This document shows, in pieces, positions 25,001-39,216 of a stretch of DNA of 64,000 bases. Each line of letters begins with the position of its first letter. Positions within the stretch are counted from its first letter, which is position 1. The notes under the pieces were generated by a model. That model saw nothing but the letters and a program-made list of their open reading frames with translations, had not been told where the DNA came from and made no database searches. Source of the DNA: Guillardia theta CCMP2712 (taxonomy: Eukaryota; Protista; Cryptophyta); the NCBI RefSeq assembly GCF_000315625.1, contig NW_005434513.1, positions 50,701 to 114,700 of the forward strand, given 5' to 3'. The translations under genes were made by a program, and so were the position numbers.

Positions 25001-28000
25001 ATAGAGATGATGATGATGATGATGATAAAGATGCGAATGATGTGGAAGATGCAAAGGATTGGTCGTCTTTGTGGAGGAAGGAAAGGAGAAGTACCATGGA
25101 TGATGACGAAGAAGTTTTCTGAGGGTTCTTGTGAATGAATTGTTCATGCGATCAACGAGCAGAATAGATTTCTTGTTTGTTCAAAAAGCTTGACAGTTGT
25201 TGTTCCTGCGTCCAGGTGTCAACTTGGAGTGTTTTGACGGAACCCTTCACTATCCTTCCTCTTCCTCCTCGGCTCACCTCAGCGTTCTTCTCGGCCTCTT
25301 TCAGCCAGCTTGTTATCTACTTTGACAAGCCAACCAAGTAATCTTCAACTTTCGCTCTCCTCAATTCTCCTCCCTCCCTCTTTCTTTCACCTCATCCCGA
25401 TCACATCTTTTTCTCATCATTGCCTCCCGTCTTCTTTCACTCTGCCTTTGTTGTTCTTCACTCACCTTCTACTTCAGCATGAACAACTCCCCCGGCACAG
25501 CTCTCGCCCTTCCCTGCACGAACCTACTGGACCCGAAAGTTATCAGCCAGCTGGGCTCGAACCCGAGCTGCACCTGGTTGGACCCATACAGCATACAGGT
25601 GACGATGGGGCTGGGGGCGACGATCAGCATGGAGACGCAGATCTTGCTGGGGACCAGCTCGAACGTTACCTTCTCTTTCTCCTACAACGGCTCCCTCCTC
25701 ACATCTCTGCCAGCCACGACCTCCAAGACCTTCATCATCGACGGCAGCTCTCTTCCCACCATCTTCCCAGCTTCTCCTCCATCTCTTCCTTCCCCCACCC
25801 CCATCGTCGTCAGCCCTCAGCTGCTGGGTGCTTGTGACCCGGTGCGCATGGACGCGAGTTTGAGCTATGGAAGGGCCAGCAGGAGCTTCACGCAGTTGGA
25901 CTGGGCGCTGGACTTCAGCTCCTCGCTGCTCCAGGACGGCATTCTGACAGCTGGGAACGTGCCCTCATTCAGCAAACGGTCTATTCACTTCTCCTCCCTC
26001 CTTCCCGGCGACCGCAGCACCGTCACGGTCTCGCTGCAGCCCAACATTCCCCTCCTACCCGGCACCAACATCACCATCCACGGCCTCCCCGGATATTCGT
26101 CGCAGCCTCAAGCGTGCGGAACGCTGAGCGGAGCTGTAGAAGGTAGCGCGTGCACGTTGGGGCTGGACGCGAGTTTGACCTGCCACAACACGAGCATCAC
26201 AGGGAAGGACGCAGACCTGTTCGCCGGCGGAGGAGGAAACTTGTCGTTTGCAGAATGGGTGGACGAGGGGCTGAGACGCGGGAACCTGGTGATGAAGATG
26301 GGAGAAGGAAAGTTCATGTCAGAAGAGACGATCTCTGTGTTTTCCTTCGAGCTCGTCCTCCCGACTCTTGACGTCTCTTCCTGGATCACCGACGGCCAGC
26401 TTGTCTCATCAACGTCTCCCTACCCTCTTGCCATCTCCACAGACTCGCAGATTGGACGGATCGCCATGCAAAGCGCCTCTTCCGACATCATCCCAGCTAC
26501 TTTCCTGCTCGACCGGCGGCCACCCGACCTGGTACGAGGAAGCATCGCTCAGTCTTCCTCCGCCAACTCTGCTCTTAACTTCATCACCTTCTCCTTCTCG
26601 CTCTCGCTCTCCCTCGGCCCTGGGAGTCTCGTCAAGCTGAGCGGGCTGCTGGGCTCGCGCACCAAGAGCGGGAGAGTCTGCCCGGTGACTGAGACCGCGT
26701 CTTCCCAGCTCACCTGCGAGCTTTGTGCTGAACAGCTAGAGCTGGGAAAGGCAACTTTCGATCAAGCTAAGGGCGAGCTCACATTCCAAGTGGGAGGAGA
26801 CAAAAAGTTGGAGGCCGGCGCCTCTTACGCCCTCCAGTTTCCCCTGCTCAACCCCAGCAGCAGGCAGACAGCGAACTCTACAGTCCTCGTACAGTTTGTG
26901 GCAGGTGGGGTGACCGGCTCAAAATTCATCGTGGCTGGAAAGGTGCTGGAGGGAGGAGAGGCACCATCCTTCCTCTTCCTCTTCGCCTCACAGTCAAACA
27001 ACTTCCTCCATCTCCACAACCTGCTGGAGATCAGCTTCGCTCTCAACGTTCCCCTCCTCGACGGCACCGTCCTCCTCCTGGACCTCTTGGACTCTCGCGT
27101 GATGCTCAACGTGTCTGAGATGCAGCAGATGGCAGGCAACAGCAGCAGTTGCGTCCTCCTCAACTCCACAACTGGCTCCGTCCTCGAGTTTCTTGTAGCT
27201 GAGAACTGCACGATCGTAGCTGGGCAGCGGCTAGAGGTCAAACTTCTCGTGAAGAATGACGTTGCAACGATGCCTTCAGCGTCGCTGTCAATGTCTGCGA
27301 GCTCTGGAGTCTGTCGCTCCTGCTCGCTCTCCTGCGACTGCAACTCCATCCAGCCCTTCGACTTCAAGACACAGGTGACGCCGCTGGTAGGAGCTGTGAT
27401 GAGGGATGTACGGGAGATCGTGTTCAACATGGCCAAGGTGGTAGAGAACAACACGCTGATGCTGCAGGAGAACTTTCTCACTGTCAACTTCAGCGTCAAC
27501 GCACAGATATCAGCCGGTTCAAACATCACCATCATTGGTATCGCGGGTGCATCCACCGATCTTATGTCCCCAACTTGTGAGAGCGGGACTGAGGAGTCAT
27601 GTTGGGTAGACGTTACAGTCTTTGACGAGTTTGACCGTCCCAACGTCCTTGTCAGCGGCTTCTCAGCCCGTTTCCACCCTCTTGATGGCAACTTGACGCT
27701 CTCGCTCAACCGGACCCTTCCAACTGATCAGACCATCACCATCAGATTTGCCGTCGTCAACGGTCGTGTCAATCAAAATGCTCAACTTGTCGTCTTGGGC
27801 GAGCTGGTCGTTGACATCTGCCAGGGAAAGCTCAGCTGCAGTGAGACGATTGACATGATCAGCACCGTCGAAGTTTCTCGCGAAGTTGACGGGCAGGTCT
27901 TGCGGATGCAGGGAGCAGCTCAGATCTCCTCCTTCTCCCTCCACCAGTCCTCCTTCGCCTTCAGCGCTCCCAACATCATCACTGTCACGCTCTCCACCAA

Positions 28001-31000
28001 CTTCGCGCTCGTGGGGGGTCAAACGGTCCTGACAGTCTCCGGGTTCGGGCAGATGACGTCACCGTCCTCGGCCCCATGCGAGATCGTCAACGATACCAAG
28101 AAGCTGACGGAGCAGACTGGGAAGATCCTAGTAGCCAACGAGCTTCCAAGCCCCTCCATATTCTTCTCCTCGTCTTCCTCCTCCGAGTGCAAGTGGGAGC
28201 AGTCCCAGCTGACTCTCAACTTCACCGTCCCCGAGGACTTCCTTGCAGGTTGGAATCTTGTCTTCCATTTCCTCCTCTTCAACTCTGGGACCTCTCGCAG
28301 CCCGTCCACCCCCCAGCTCTCGCTGACCAGCGGCGACATCACCATCTCCTCGTTCGCCGCCGCCTCTCAATTTCTCGGAGGGTACGACAACCCCAAGTTC
28401 CTCAACGCGTCGGTGGATGCACTCGAGCTCATCTACGGCGGATTTTCTCTGCTCTCCATCTCCTTCGACACCAACATCCTCCTTCTCTCCGACCCAACCC
28501 CGGCTCGCGTCACCATTGCTGGTCTTGCGGGCTTCTCCTCCTCCTCCTCCTCCCTCGCTCTCTCCGGCTCAAGCCCTTTCTTGTCATCTTACACGGGCGC
28601 GGCGGAGTGGGACGAGCAGCAGAAGGAGGTAGTGCTCAAGGGAGGGACGGTGGGGACGAGCGTCTCTTTCCAGCTGTACCTGCGGCTGCAGAGCTACCAG
28701 GTAGCGGGAGCGAACGCGTGGGACAGCATCAGCATCGTTGCCTCGTGCAACTACGCGACTCTCCCCTCCTTTCCCGTCAAGTTCGTGCGACCCAAGACCT
28801 TTGTAGCTCAGGCCCAGCTGGTGAGGGCAGCGGTGGCGGAGGCGAATCAGATTCAAGGGCTGACCAACAGGATCACGTTGCGACTGACTTCTAACGTCGC
28901 TGTCTATCCTCTCTCTCAGATTGTAGTCTCTGGTCTCCTTGGCTCCTCCTCCCCCTCTAACCAGCAGCTCCCGCTGTACGGGGAGGATGCAAAGGTGTTC
29001 GGAAACGCAGGGAGCTGGGAACAAGGAGGAGGAACGTTGACCTTGACTGTATCTGCGGGGGTGACGGTTGAAAGCAACTTTGAGCTTGTCGTCTCCTTCG
29101 ATCTTGTCAATTCCATGCAGCCCAGCGCTGGCTCTGCTCCTACCGCTCAGCTTCTCCTCCGCTCCCCTCCTGAATCCCTCGACACTCAGGTAATCTCAAC
29201 AACTTCCGTCCTGTGTGAGGGGCCGAAGATCTTGACCGCGTCAATCTCGGCGACGTTTGCGAGGAAGGAGGTAGCGGAGAGCAACGCAGTCAACAACGCC
29301 TTCAACACCATCACAGTCACCATGATGCTCAACAGACCGGCTGCGACCAACTCGATCTTTCAGTTCGACGGCCTAGCGAGTCAAACGGCGTCAGGGAACC
29401 TTGTGCTGACAGGCAAGAGCGGGGGACTGTTCGGAGGGACAGGAGTGTGGAGCAGGGAGGGGTCGTCGATGAACGTGACCCTCACGTCTGACATCTCTGA
29501 ATTCCTTCTCATCGTGTTCTCCTTCTCCATGAAGAACGTCGACTGCCTGTCAAACTGCACCAGCCGTTCGATCTTCCTGTCGCTGATAGTGGACGGAATG
29601 AGAATCATCGACAGAAGCGAGGTCGTTGGCAAGGTAAGTGTCAGCAAGCTGACTAGTCTCGCGTTCATGACTGTCTCTGTAGGTGTTGGGGGCAGGCAGG
29701 AAGCTTTCATGGAGAAACAAGCTGATATCTCAGACCTCGTCGGTCGCCAACAACTACAACAAGTTATCTTTCACTCTCTCTCCTTCGGCTCCCATCTTCG
29801 GCGGGTCCTCCATCACCATCACTGGGCTGCAATCTGTTCAAGTTCGCCCCTGCAGCCTCTGCTCTCTGACCGACCAGGAGCTCATCGCTGGCCTCGGCTG
29901 CTCCCCAGCTTGCAAAAATTGCAGCCTGACGGACAAGAAGCGCTGCCTGCCGATCTTCTTGGAGGACGGCATTACACCCAACGTCAAGTTCGTCGACGCT
30001 CTTGCCACCTGGTCCCCCGACTTCTCGAGCGTCTCCTTCACGCTCGCGGCGGGGAGCTCCATGACGGAGTTTGACGATACGACCCTCTACGTCGTCGTCA
30101 AGAACTCTGCGACAAAGCAGACGCGCGCCGAGTGCTCGTCGATGACATGGCGAGAGGATGCGAGGACGGGCCGGTGTTTGACCGCTCTGACTGGGCATGC
30201 GACACTATGCGATAACGGCAACACCCTGACCGCCTGCTCCTCTCCCGCTCCCATCGCCACCATCCTTGCGGACGAGGCCCTCAACCGAACCCTCCTGCCC
30301 GGGTCCATCGACCCCTGCGAGATCTGCATCCGCCCTCTTCTTCTTGCAGGTGTGTAACAAGGGGAGAAGAAGTCAATGATGGAGATGATGGTGATGGTGA
30401 TGATGATGATGATGGAGATGATGATGATGATGATGATGATGATGATAATTATGATGATGATGATAGAAGGTGATGATGACAGGAGAATCAACAATGTTGT
30501 GAGGGTGAGGATGAGAATGAGGGCTGGGAAATGAATTGAGTGAGATGTACTCCACGATTGTCTTGTCATGATGCTGCTGATCATGAGAATAACATGAAGC
30601 CTTCATATCATATCCTTCATATCATATTATCCTCGTGATCAGCAGTATCAATATGCTCGTGATCAGCAACATCTAGCAAAAGAAGGAGAAGAGGGATTGA
30701 ATGAGGAGGAGAATAACGACTGAAATATCAGACATCGTTTTACTTGAAATATTTGTTGTCTGACAAACACCTGACAGCGGTCAATAACGCCTTGTCATTG
30801 AAGAAGACATTGAAAATCGACGGTCTTGTCTTGACGGTGTCAAACTCATCACAGACAGAGACTCTACCAGCTGTAATTTCATGTGCCTGCTGACAACCAG
30901 ACGGCTGACAGTGTGTCCAGGGCAACTATACCTTCTCACTGACCCTCGTCAACTGGCTAAGGTTGCAGACGGTGGGATCAGTAGCGATACAGAAGATTGA

Positions 31001-34000
31001 CGATTTCATTCCTCTCCTCTACGTCGTCAACATGCCAAGCATCGTTACCACCAGAGACAAGTCTCTTGAGCTTGAAGCCAACGCCTCTGCCTCCTCCTGT
31101 TTGACTGCCTCCTCCTCCTCTTCCTCCTCCCTTGCTTCCTCCATGCAGTACATGTGGCGGGTGATGTGCCTTCGAGGAAGCTGCATGCAGGTAGCTCCTT
31201 CAGTTCTGCTGGATGATATAGAGAACGCTTTCTGAGCGTCTCTGTCGAGCTGAGCTTGAGCTGGACGTGCCTGACTAGCCTTGCAGGACATGATTTTGAC
31301 TCAGAGTATCTTTCAGCCGATGACGTCAGCGACGAGATTCCTGCGCGTCAAGGCCAACAGTCTGAGCGTCGGCGGGACGTACCGGTTCACGTCAACAGCC
31401 ACATTCAACGGAAAGTCATCGAACGCGTCAGTTGATGTTTTCGTCACTCCTCGCAATTTGGTTCCCTTCATCTCTGGCATCAGGTAAGCGGCACAAGCTT
31501 CAATCCTCCTCCTCCTCACTCTCTCGCAGTTCGGATGGTGTCGTCGGCAACGCGAGTGCGATCGCCATCAGCGGCATCAACACTTGGGACCCTGACGAGG
31601 CGACGACGAAGTTGACAGCAGGAGGAGGAGGCTTCGTTTTCTCGTGGAGCCTCTTTCAAGTTGACATCTCTCCTGAGTTTGTCAACGGCGACTGGAAGCA
31701 GCCGGTGGAAATCTTGACCGACAGGTCTCTTGCTGCTGCTGCTCCCTCCTGCTTCCCTTCCCTTCAACTTCTTCATCCCCCTCCTTCATCTCCTCCTGCT
31801 TCTGCTTCTGCTCTTGCTCACCTCGTTGCAGATCTTCTGCCTTATCGGTCAGTTCCGACAAAGTCTCGGCAAGCATAGCAGGATCAGCTTTGCAGGCAGG
31901 CAGGCGCTACAGAGTCGCCATGACTGTCACGCGCGACAGCTCGCGATTGACGTCAAACTTGCCATCGCTTCTCAGCTCTGACATTCTCCACCTCTTTACC
32001 ACCAAGGCAAACACGACAAAGGACTTCACGTATCAGATTGGAAGCTACGTCAACGTTGACATTTTCCCGTGCGAGACTGACAAGCCTTTCTCAACGCAAC
32101 TCTGCTCGGCGAGAACCCAGAAGTTTTTGCTGGCCTCGAGCAAGACCGTTCTCTTTGCCTCCAACAACGCGGCCGACGCATCCAAGCTGAACTTCGAGTG
32201 GAGCATCGAGAGTTCAGCCGACAGCCAGCTGGTCAGTCAGCCACACGTGTCTCGAACTTTCTCTGAGCGTTGGGTGCAGGCAAACTTGTCACAGGTGTCG
32301 CTTAAAGTCTTGTCGGGTCAAATTCTCTCAATCCAGCCCGGCGTCTTTGTCCCCGGCAGGACCGTCAAGTTCAGAGTCTCTATCTTTGACTCGTCCTCCT
32401 CCTCCCTACGCGGCGCTGCCGTCCTGTCGCTCTTCGTCCGCAGCCCTCCCAGGGGGGGGAACTTCAGCATCGAGCCCAGCAACGGCGAGGCTCTGACTAC
32501 TACTTTCTCCTTCCTCGCTGACGGCTGGACGACCGAAGTCGATAGCCTGCCTCTCACCTACTCGTTCTACTTTCTCTCGCAGGTGGAGGGGGCGAGCATG
32601 GAGGTCGAGGTGGGAAAAGGAGAGCAGTACGTGCAGACTTCAATCCTCCCTAGCGGAAGCGCGGCCAGCAACTGGCAGGTCACGGTCGGGGTGTACATCT
32701 ATGATGTCTACCTGGCGTTCAGCTCGGCAAAGACAACCGTAAAAGTGACAGAAGCGATCGCTGTCAAGTCCGTGCTCGACCTGACTGCCCTCATCTCCTC
32801 GGTCGACAGCCTCCTCGAGTCTGAGGTATCCAGCAAGATAGCAGACAAGGACATCGCAGGAGCCCAGTGAGTTCCCAGCTGCTGCTGTGTCCCGCTCAGT
32901 TGACGCCGGTGGTTCAGGTCGATGCTTGCAGTCGCTGCCAACGTCATTTCATCGCAGACATTCTGTAAGGGCGTCCAGGCGGCTGCTGCTGAATGCGCCG
33001 GCGCCATCGCGTCAAAGTCATCTCTGCGCTTTCGAATCCTCCTGAAACTGTCGGAAGCGAACTTGACGCAGCCCCCGACCCTCGCGACTCTCGCAAGTCA
33101 GTCAGTCGCTTTCTCGCTGATCTGCAGCGACCCGGTCGAGATCGACACGAACCTGCAGCGGTACAGCATCTCCTTTCTCAACCTCGCCATCGGATGCTAC
33201 CAGACTTACCCCCAGGTGACTTGGCTCCTCCTCTCGCTCCCTCTTACTGCCCTCAGATGATCCTTGGACCGGTCTCTGACCGACTGGTGGGCACCATAAA
33301 CGTGGTCCTGCGCACGTACTCCTCCAGCGGTTTGACATCGCGAGGGACCTGGAAGAGCAACACGATGGCAGCGAGAGGTCAGCTGAGAGCACTCACGAGC
33401 GATCAGAACTATCAGAAGATGGCGCTGAACATCCTCTCGTCCATCTCGTCGCTGGCAGCGAGAGGTCTTCTGGTTGGCGAGGTGAAAAACTTTCAACGGC
33501 TTGTCAATTGTCTCCTTGTTGCGTCCGTGACTTGCGTTCAAAACTACTTGTCCTTTTCTTCTATTTTCACTTTCTTGTCTCTATTCCCCTGCCTCCATCC
33601 CCCCCGTGCATTCTTGTTTGTTTGTTGTCTCCTGCGCCTGTACTATTTGACAACTTTCTGCAGCCTCCTCTCCAGATGAACATGTCGGAGTTCACCTTGT
33701 CAACTTGGGCTGTCAACAAAAACTCACTCAACGACTTCGAAGTCTCCAACGGCCTCACGTCAGCTGCTGTTTACGCCAGTCAGATCCGAAGCTTGGTGCC
33801 AGACGTCGTAGAGGTTATGGTCGTCTTCTGGAACCAGACGGCGAAGCTCCTGCAGGTGGGTCTTGACGGCTCTTCATCAGTCGAGCCTATCTTGGGGGGG
33901 ATGTTCACCCTCGAGCTGCGAGCATCAGGAGCGATCGATCCTCTCCCGATCTCCGACGCAACGCACGAGCTGCTTCGACTCTCGCAGGACCTCAAGCAAG

Positions 34001-35245
34001 TCTACCAAGCCAACCCTGCCATGACAGTCGTCGGCGCATCATTTGACTTTGACAAGTGGAAGTGGAGCATGTCAGGCATCGTCGAGCGAAGTTTCCAGAG
34101 CTCGACGTTTGTGTTTGCCAGCAGCCATCTCTCCTACTTCGCTGCACTTCATGTCAAAGTTGGTTGCGACGGCGTTCCTCTCAGCCCGTTGGCGTTGGAC
34201 GCCTGCGGAGTTTGCAACGGAGGAAACCAGTCTTGCTCGGGTTGCGATGGGATCCCGAACACAGGCCGAGACAAGACCTGCAGTGGACACGGGCAGTGCG
34301 GCGAGCTGGTGAGGGGGAAGAGAGGTGAGGTTGTGAGGTGAGGTTTGTGCGACAGGAATGTTCTTGTCAGACAAGATGGTTTGGAGTTCTATGCCAGAAC
34401 TACTGCACTGAAGGCCTCACCTGGTACATTCGCTTCTCTCTTCTCACCTCTGTCTGAACTGTCTCAGCTCTGGCCATGGCATCTGTGACTCGCTCCTCGG
34501 CAATCCCTGCGTGTGCGACAAGGGATGGCAGAGCGACGCGACGAGCGCGACCTCGTTGCGCTACTGCAGCATCCCGGTGACCCAATCGCGGCCGGGCAGC
34601 TCGAGCAGTCTGCCGATGAAGCTGTGGGAGATGGTAGTCATCATCGTGTGCTGTGCCTTTGTTGTGTTCGTGACCTGCCTGGTTGTCATCGTCCGCTTGT
34701 GCAAGTCAAGCATGAGCATGGAGAAAATGCGCGACTCCCTCGTCGTTGTCAACGATCCCTTTGACCTCCCTGTCGATCAGCCCCAGCTCTCGCCAAGCGG
34801 TAGCCTTCACTCCTCCTCCTCCTGCTTCTTGACGTTTCCGTTGCAGAGGTCAAAGACTCGCTCGTCGACATGCGGAACATGTTTGCCGAGGAGCCGCCGG
34901 CCTATCACGCTGATCTTGTCTATGGCACGCTGGTTCCCGCCAAACCGGAGCCTGTGGTGGTGTACGAAGAGGAGGAGGAGGAGGAGGACATGAACGGGGG
35001 GGGCGAGTACAACGAAGCGAGTCAGCTGGTCATGTGGTAAGCAAGCTGATGCCTCTGCGGCTCTCCATGACATTCGCGCAGGCACCAGGACGACAGTCAA
35101 AGTTCCTCAGTCAACTCAACCGACGATGCCTTTGATAAGGTCCCTCCTGCTGCGGTTCTGCTGGGGGTATCATTGACTATGCTTGCAGGACTTCTTCAAC
35201 GTTGGCACGTTCTTCTCCAAGATTTACTCCACAAACGGCACTTGA
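16280..35245 (+). CDS. Giant multi-exon type I membrane protein: signal peptide, Ig-like repeats, beta-rich repeats, REJ/PKD-like module, GPS-like motif, Cys-rich/EGF region, one TM helix
   Basis: N-terminus MGTMLHASSTAFAAFFLCMVVQVQA. Repeated G.A.FTDL units and repeated S....N.IT.......I.ISGL.G units in ORF 25479..30074. REJ-like PPRGGNFSIEPSNGEALTTTFSFLADGW...LPLTYSF. GPS-like W.WS..G...SSHLSYFA. GCDGVP..LDACGVCNGGNQSCSGCDG and EGF CSGHG. TM MVVIIVCCAFVVFVTCLVVIV. Probable stop at 35243-35245. The exon structure is approximate and crosses an N gap. Confidence 0.75.
18035..18183. repeat. Intronic 27-bp tandem repeat, ~5.5 copies
   Basis: CCTGCTGCTGTTGACTTTCCTGTCTCA repeated. Confidence 0.9.
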
Positions 35246-35596
35246 ACATCAGCGATTCTGAAGGATCTTGCAGTTTTGTTGTACATTTCATTCCCTTGTA
35301 AATGAGTTCTACCAAGCCTGTCGTCCAACAGAGCATTGGCAACGTCCCCCACCAAACCTTCAGCTGACTCCAAGCCTCAATCTGCTTGCTTGCAGTGATA
35401 GCACGACATCTCGATCAGAAACGGGGTTTTCGATTCGGGAATTGTGTTACATCAAGATATATTCACAAAGACAAAATAACAACATCTCTATTCTTCACCT
35501 GACAGGCAACAATTATCTCCTTTCAACTTTCTTGCTATCATGAGCTGTGATCAGACAAGACAAGCTTCATGAGCTACGATCTGACAACCTTCAAGA

Positions 35597-38500
35597 TCAT
35601 TTGTTGATCTTCGACTTTTTCCTCGATCGATCTTTCTTTCGGTCTCCCGACTGCAGTCCTCGTCATGGCACGAAGCCCTCCTCCCTCCTCCTACCTTGTG
35701 CTTCTTCTTCCCTCGCAGCTTCCGACGAGCTTGTCGCTTCCTCTCGCGGTTCGAGAATTTCTTCTGGCGCCGTCGAATGCAGATGCCGACACAGATGCTG
35801 AGCCAGCGGTCAATGCAGGGAAGGAGGAGGGCGGAGGAGGAGAAAGGGAGGAGAGGGGAGGAGGCAAGGAAACAAGGGGAGGACAACGAGAGCACAGCAC
35901 GTGAAGTACCAGCAGCAGCACACGAGGAACGAAGAGCTTGAGATGAGAATGACAGGCAGCCAGTCATACGGTCCATTGTCACAGATCTTGCCGCTCCATC
36001 CGCCGTAGCACAGACATGCTCCTTGCTCGTCGCACTCGCCATGGCCGCTGCAGACTTTGACAGTCACCAGCTCTCCCTCCAGATACGCCAGCAGCCCTCC
36101 AGCACACTGCAATGAGCAGTTCGCTCCTCGGTAGCCCACGCGACATGAGCAGACGCAGTCCTGCGTGCACGTCCCATGGCCATAGCAAATGTTGTCGTGA
36201 CCTCCCGGGCACTCGCAAGAGCTGGGCAGTGGGTCATGAGGGGGAACAAGGTCAGGCACACGGCACCAGTCAGGACGACGGAAGCCAGTGTAGCAACGGC
36301 AGCTGCCGTCCAGGAGACATTCCCCGTTGTAGGAGCAGGGGTTCGACGCCCCTCCCTCGCACTCGGTCGAGCAGTTGAGACCCGTGAACCCGGTGTAGCA
36401 GGAGCAGGCCCCGTTGACGCACAGCCCGAGGTCCGAGCAAGGGCTTGACATCGCTCCCGGGCATCTGCAAGGGTGGTGAGCTGTATGAGGGTCGAGTTCA
36501 TAGTGTGACCTCAGGGAGCAGTTCCCTCCTGAGTAACCTGAGTTGCACTCACAAACTCCTGTCGGCAGACACTCGCCTGTTACTGCCGTTACGCCCTCAC
36601 ATCCTCCAGCTCTCCCCCGCCTGTACCATTCCCAGAGCACGGGTTCAGAGCTCCTCCCGGGCACTCGATCTCACACGCGCTTCCAGTGTAACCCGAGAAA
36701 CACAGGCAGTATGAGGAGCTACAGGAGGCGTCAGAGAACCTGCAAGAGGATGCAGCCCAAGCAAGTCACCCTGTTCCCGGGATAATGCAGTCTCCGTGTA
36801 GAGAGCAGGCGTTTCCTACTCCTCCAGGGCACTGGTCCGAGCATACAGAACCCCTGTATCCTGTATCGCAAATGCAAACTCCATTGCTGTTGCAGGTCCC
36901 GTGCCCTGAGCATGGGTTGCCTTGCTCCCAGCAGCCTGCGGAAACTCAGCACTCTCTTCTTGTGCCCACGTCATCACCTGTCGCTGCAATAGTATGATAC
37001 GCTCCAGATGCAATCACGTACACGTTGGCACCGACAAAGCTGCTTATCTTCGTGGGAAACCTGCGGATAATATCACTTCAAACGCATCGGAGAAAAAGCT
37101 TCTCACTTTCTAGTAGTTTTGTCACCTAGCCCAAGCATGCCGTAATCGTTGTTGCCGAAAGCGTAAACAATCTGTTGGTCAAAGTCAAGAGAGGACGGGT
37201 CAAACTTCACCGACTCACCCCTGACTCGTCAATGGCGAAGATCGTTCGCTGTCCTCCGAAAACCTTGTACACGTTGGCACCTTAGCAAACTTGGTCAAGG
37301 TGGCTGTCGAGACCTTGGATCTCACTTACCGTCGTTCTTCAAGCTTGGAATCAATGAGGGCTCATTGTATGTCACGGCCGCACTTTGACCCAATTGACCG
37401 AAGCTGTTGTCACCCCAAGCAAACACTTCTCCAGCATCAGAAATCTTGACAATGAGTCAGATCAAAGGTCAAGACAGCCCTATGAGAGCGGCCTCACAGC
37501 ATATGACGCATAATCGCCACAAGCAATAGACGAAATGTTCTTTGTCGCAAGGTACTTGATCAACGTCGGAGCCTTGCGCGAGGAATAATCGCCAAGTCCA
37601 AGCTTGTGTGCGAATAAGAACAAGGCACTGACCTCCGCCCTCCCTTTCTCACCTGCCCGTTGGCGTTCAACCCCATGCTGTAAACTTGCCCGAAGTCTGT
37701 CAGAACCAAGGAGTGGTACGACCCTGCGGCGACTTTGACAGTATTCAAACCATCCATGTACACAACTTTGGCTGGCTGAGAGCCTAACGACAAGCATGTC
37801 AGCTTATCGACGAGAATCGCAGCGAATACGTTGAGATAGATCTCCCACTCCGAGCTGTCCTTCGACATTGTTGCCCCACGACCAAACCTTATCACAATCG
37901 CTGAGTCTCAGCCGAAGAAGACATAACAAACCTCTCCAAGATCATTCAGAGCAATCACGTGGAAATCTCCTGCAGGAACAACTAGTGCTCAACCAACCAA
38001 TTGCAACATCCAAATGCAAGACGTGATCACCAGCCGCAAGCTCAAGAAAATGAAGGTCTTGAATAGAATTAATCTACTCTATCCATCAGGTACACGTGGT
38101 ATCAAATGAACATGAACCAGCATCGGGACACTGCGAAAGTACTTCCCATCAGGCCTTGCCAACATCTCTTGCTATGATACACGTGTAAGTTTCCATTTCA
38201 CGATGCACATGGAGATTTAGATGCCTGAAAGTCCGTAATCCCAAGTTGACCCCAGTCATTTGCACCCCATGAAAAAATCTTCCCGTCCTGCTCCACGAAT
38301 CAGGTGAAGAGGCATCATCCTCGAGGGTAACGCACCTTGGTCAACACGAACGTGGAGTCCACAGAGGCGACGGTCTTTTGGAGGGATAGAGGATAAGATC
38401 AGAGCCGAGCTGAGGTCTAACCATCATTTCTCACCTGCACGATTTGTGGCTGAGACGCACTTCCCCATACGACATCCTGCGGCTTCATGCATTGCATGTC

Positions 38501-39216
38501 CGAGGCCTGGTTCTATACTTGAGTAACTCTAAACACCTTGTCGACTCCCAACACCTTCCAGTAGGAGTTTGCAGACCCATAGCTCGTGCACTTGCTGGCA
38601 TCGCAAACAGGTTTGCACAGGCTTGGATTACAAACCCTACAAGTACATGAGACGAACTTCCGGTCATAGCAAGAGCTTCAACCAGCTGTTGGGCTCTGGA
38701 CAAGCTTTCCATTGGACCGCTTGCGGGGAGAGAGAGGTCTGCCATACAGCTCTCACACAGCTCACAAAGGCTGACTAAATTACCCAGATTGGTCCTAGGC
38801 CAAGCTGTCCTTTGCTGTTCCTGCCCCAGGTGTACACCAGCCCTGAGACACGAGGTATCAGCATGGCAATAGAATTGCAGACATGCGAGGTATCCGCGTT
38901 GAAGACATGTGTGGTATCAGCATTGCAGATATGCCAGGTGTCAGCATTGTAGTCAGATCCACTAACCTTGTGTTGAGCTTGTGTCTCCGAGAGCAACCGA
39001 GTGATACAACCCAGCAGCTAGACCATACGTACGGTCTAAAGGGAGCTTACTATCTATAAGAGTCTCTGTTGTTCTTTCAAGATAGTCGCCGAGACCAAGC
39101 TGACCCCAGTCATTGTAGCCAACCACATAGACGTCGTTGGCTGCAACGACATCAAAGAAGCATGCTAGGCTCAAACATGCGATGCTGGCCCTCTTTGCCC
39201 AAGGTTTCCACTTCAT
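35597..39216 (-). CDS. Secreted/membrane protein with RCC1 beta-propeller repeats, multiple EGF (tenascin-like) repeats, one TM helix and a basic tail
   Basis: Signal peptide MKWKPWAKRASIACLSLACFFDVVAA. RCC1 motifs VYVVGYNDWGQLGLG, AAGLYHSV, VYTWGRNSKGQLGLG and VAAGSYHSLVL..GQVYSMGLNANGQ. EGF repeats in ORF 35810..36664 (CSGHGECDEQGACLCYGGWSGKIC). TM WLPVILISSSSFLVCCCWYF followed by RRRQKKF...KKKHK. Confidence 0.85.
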
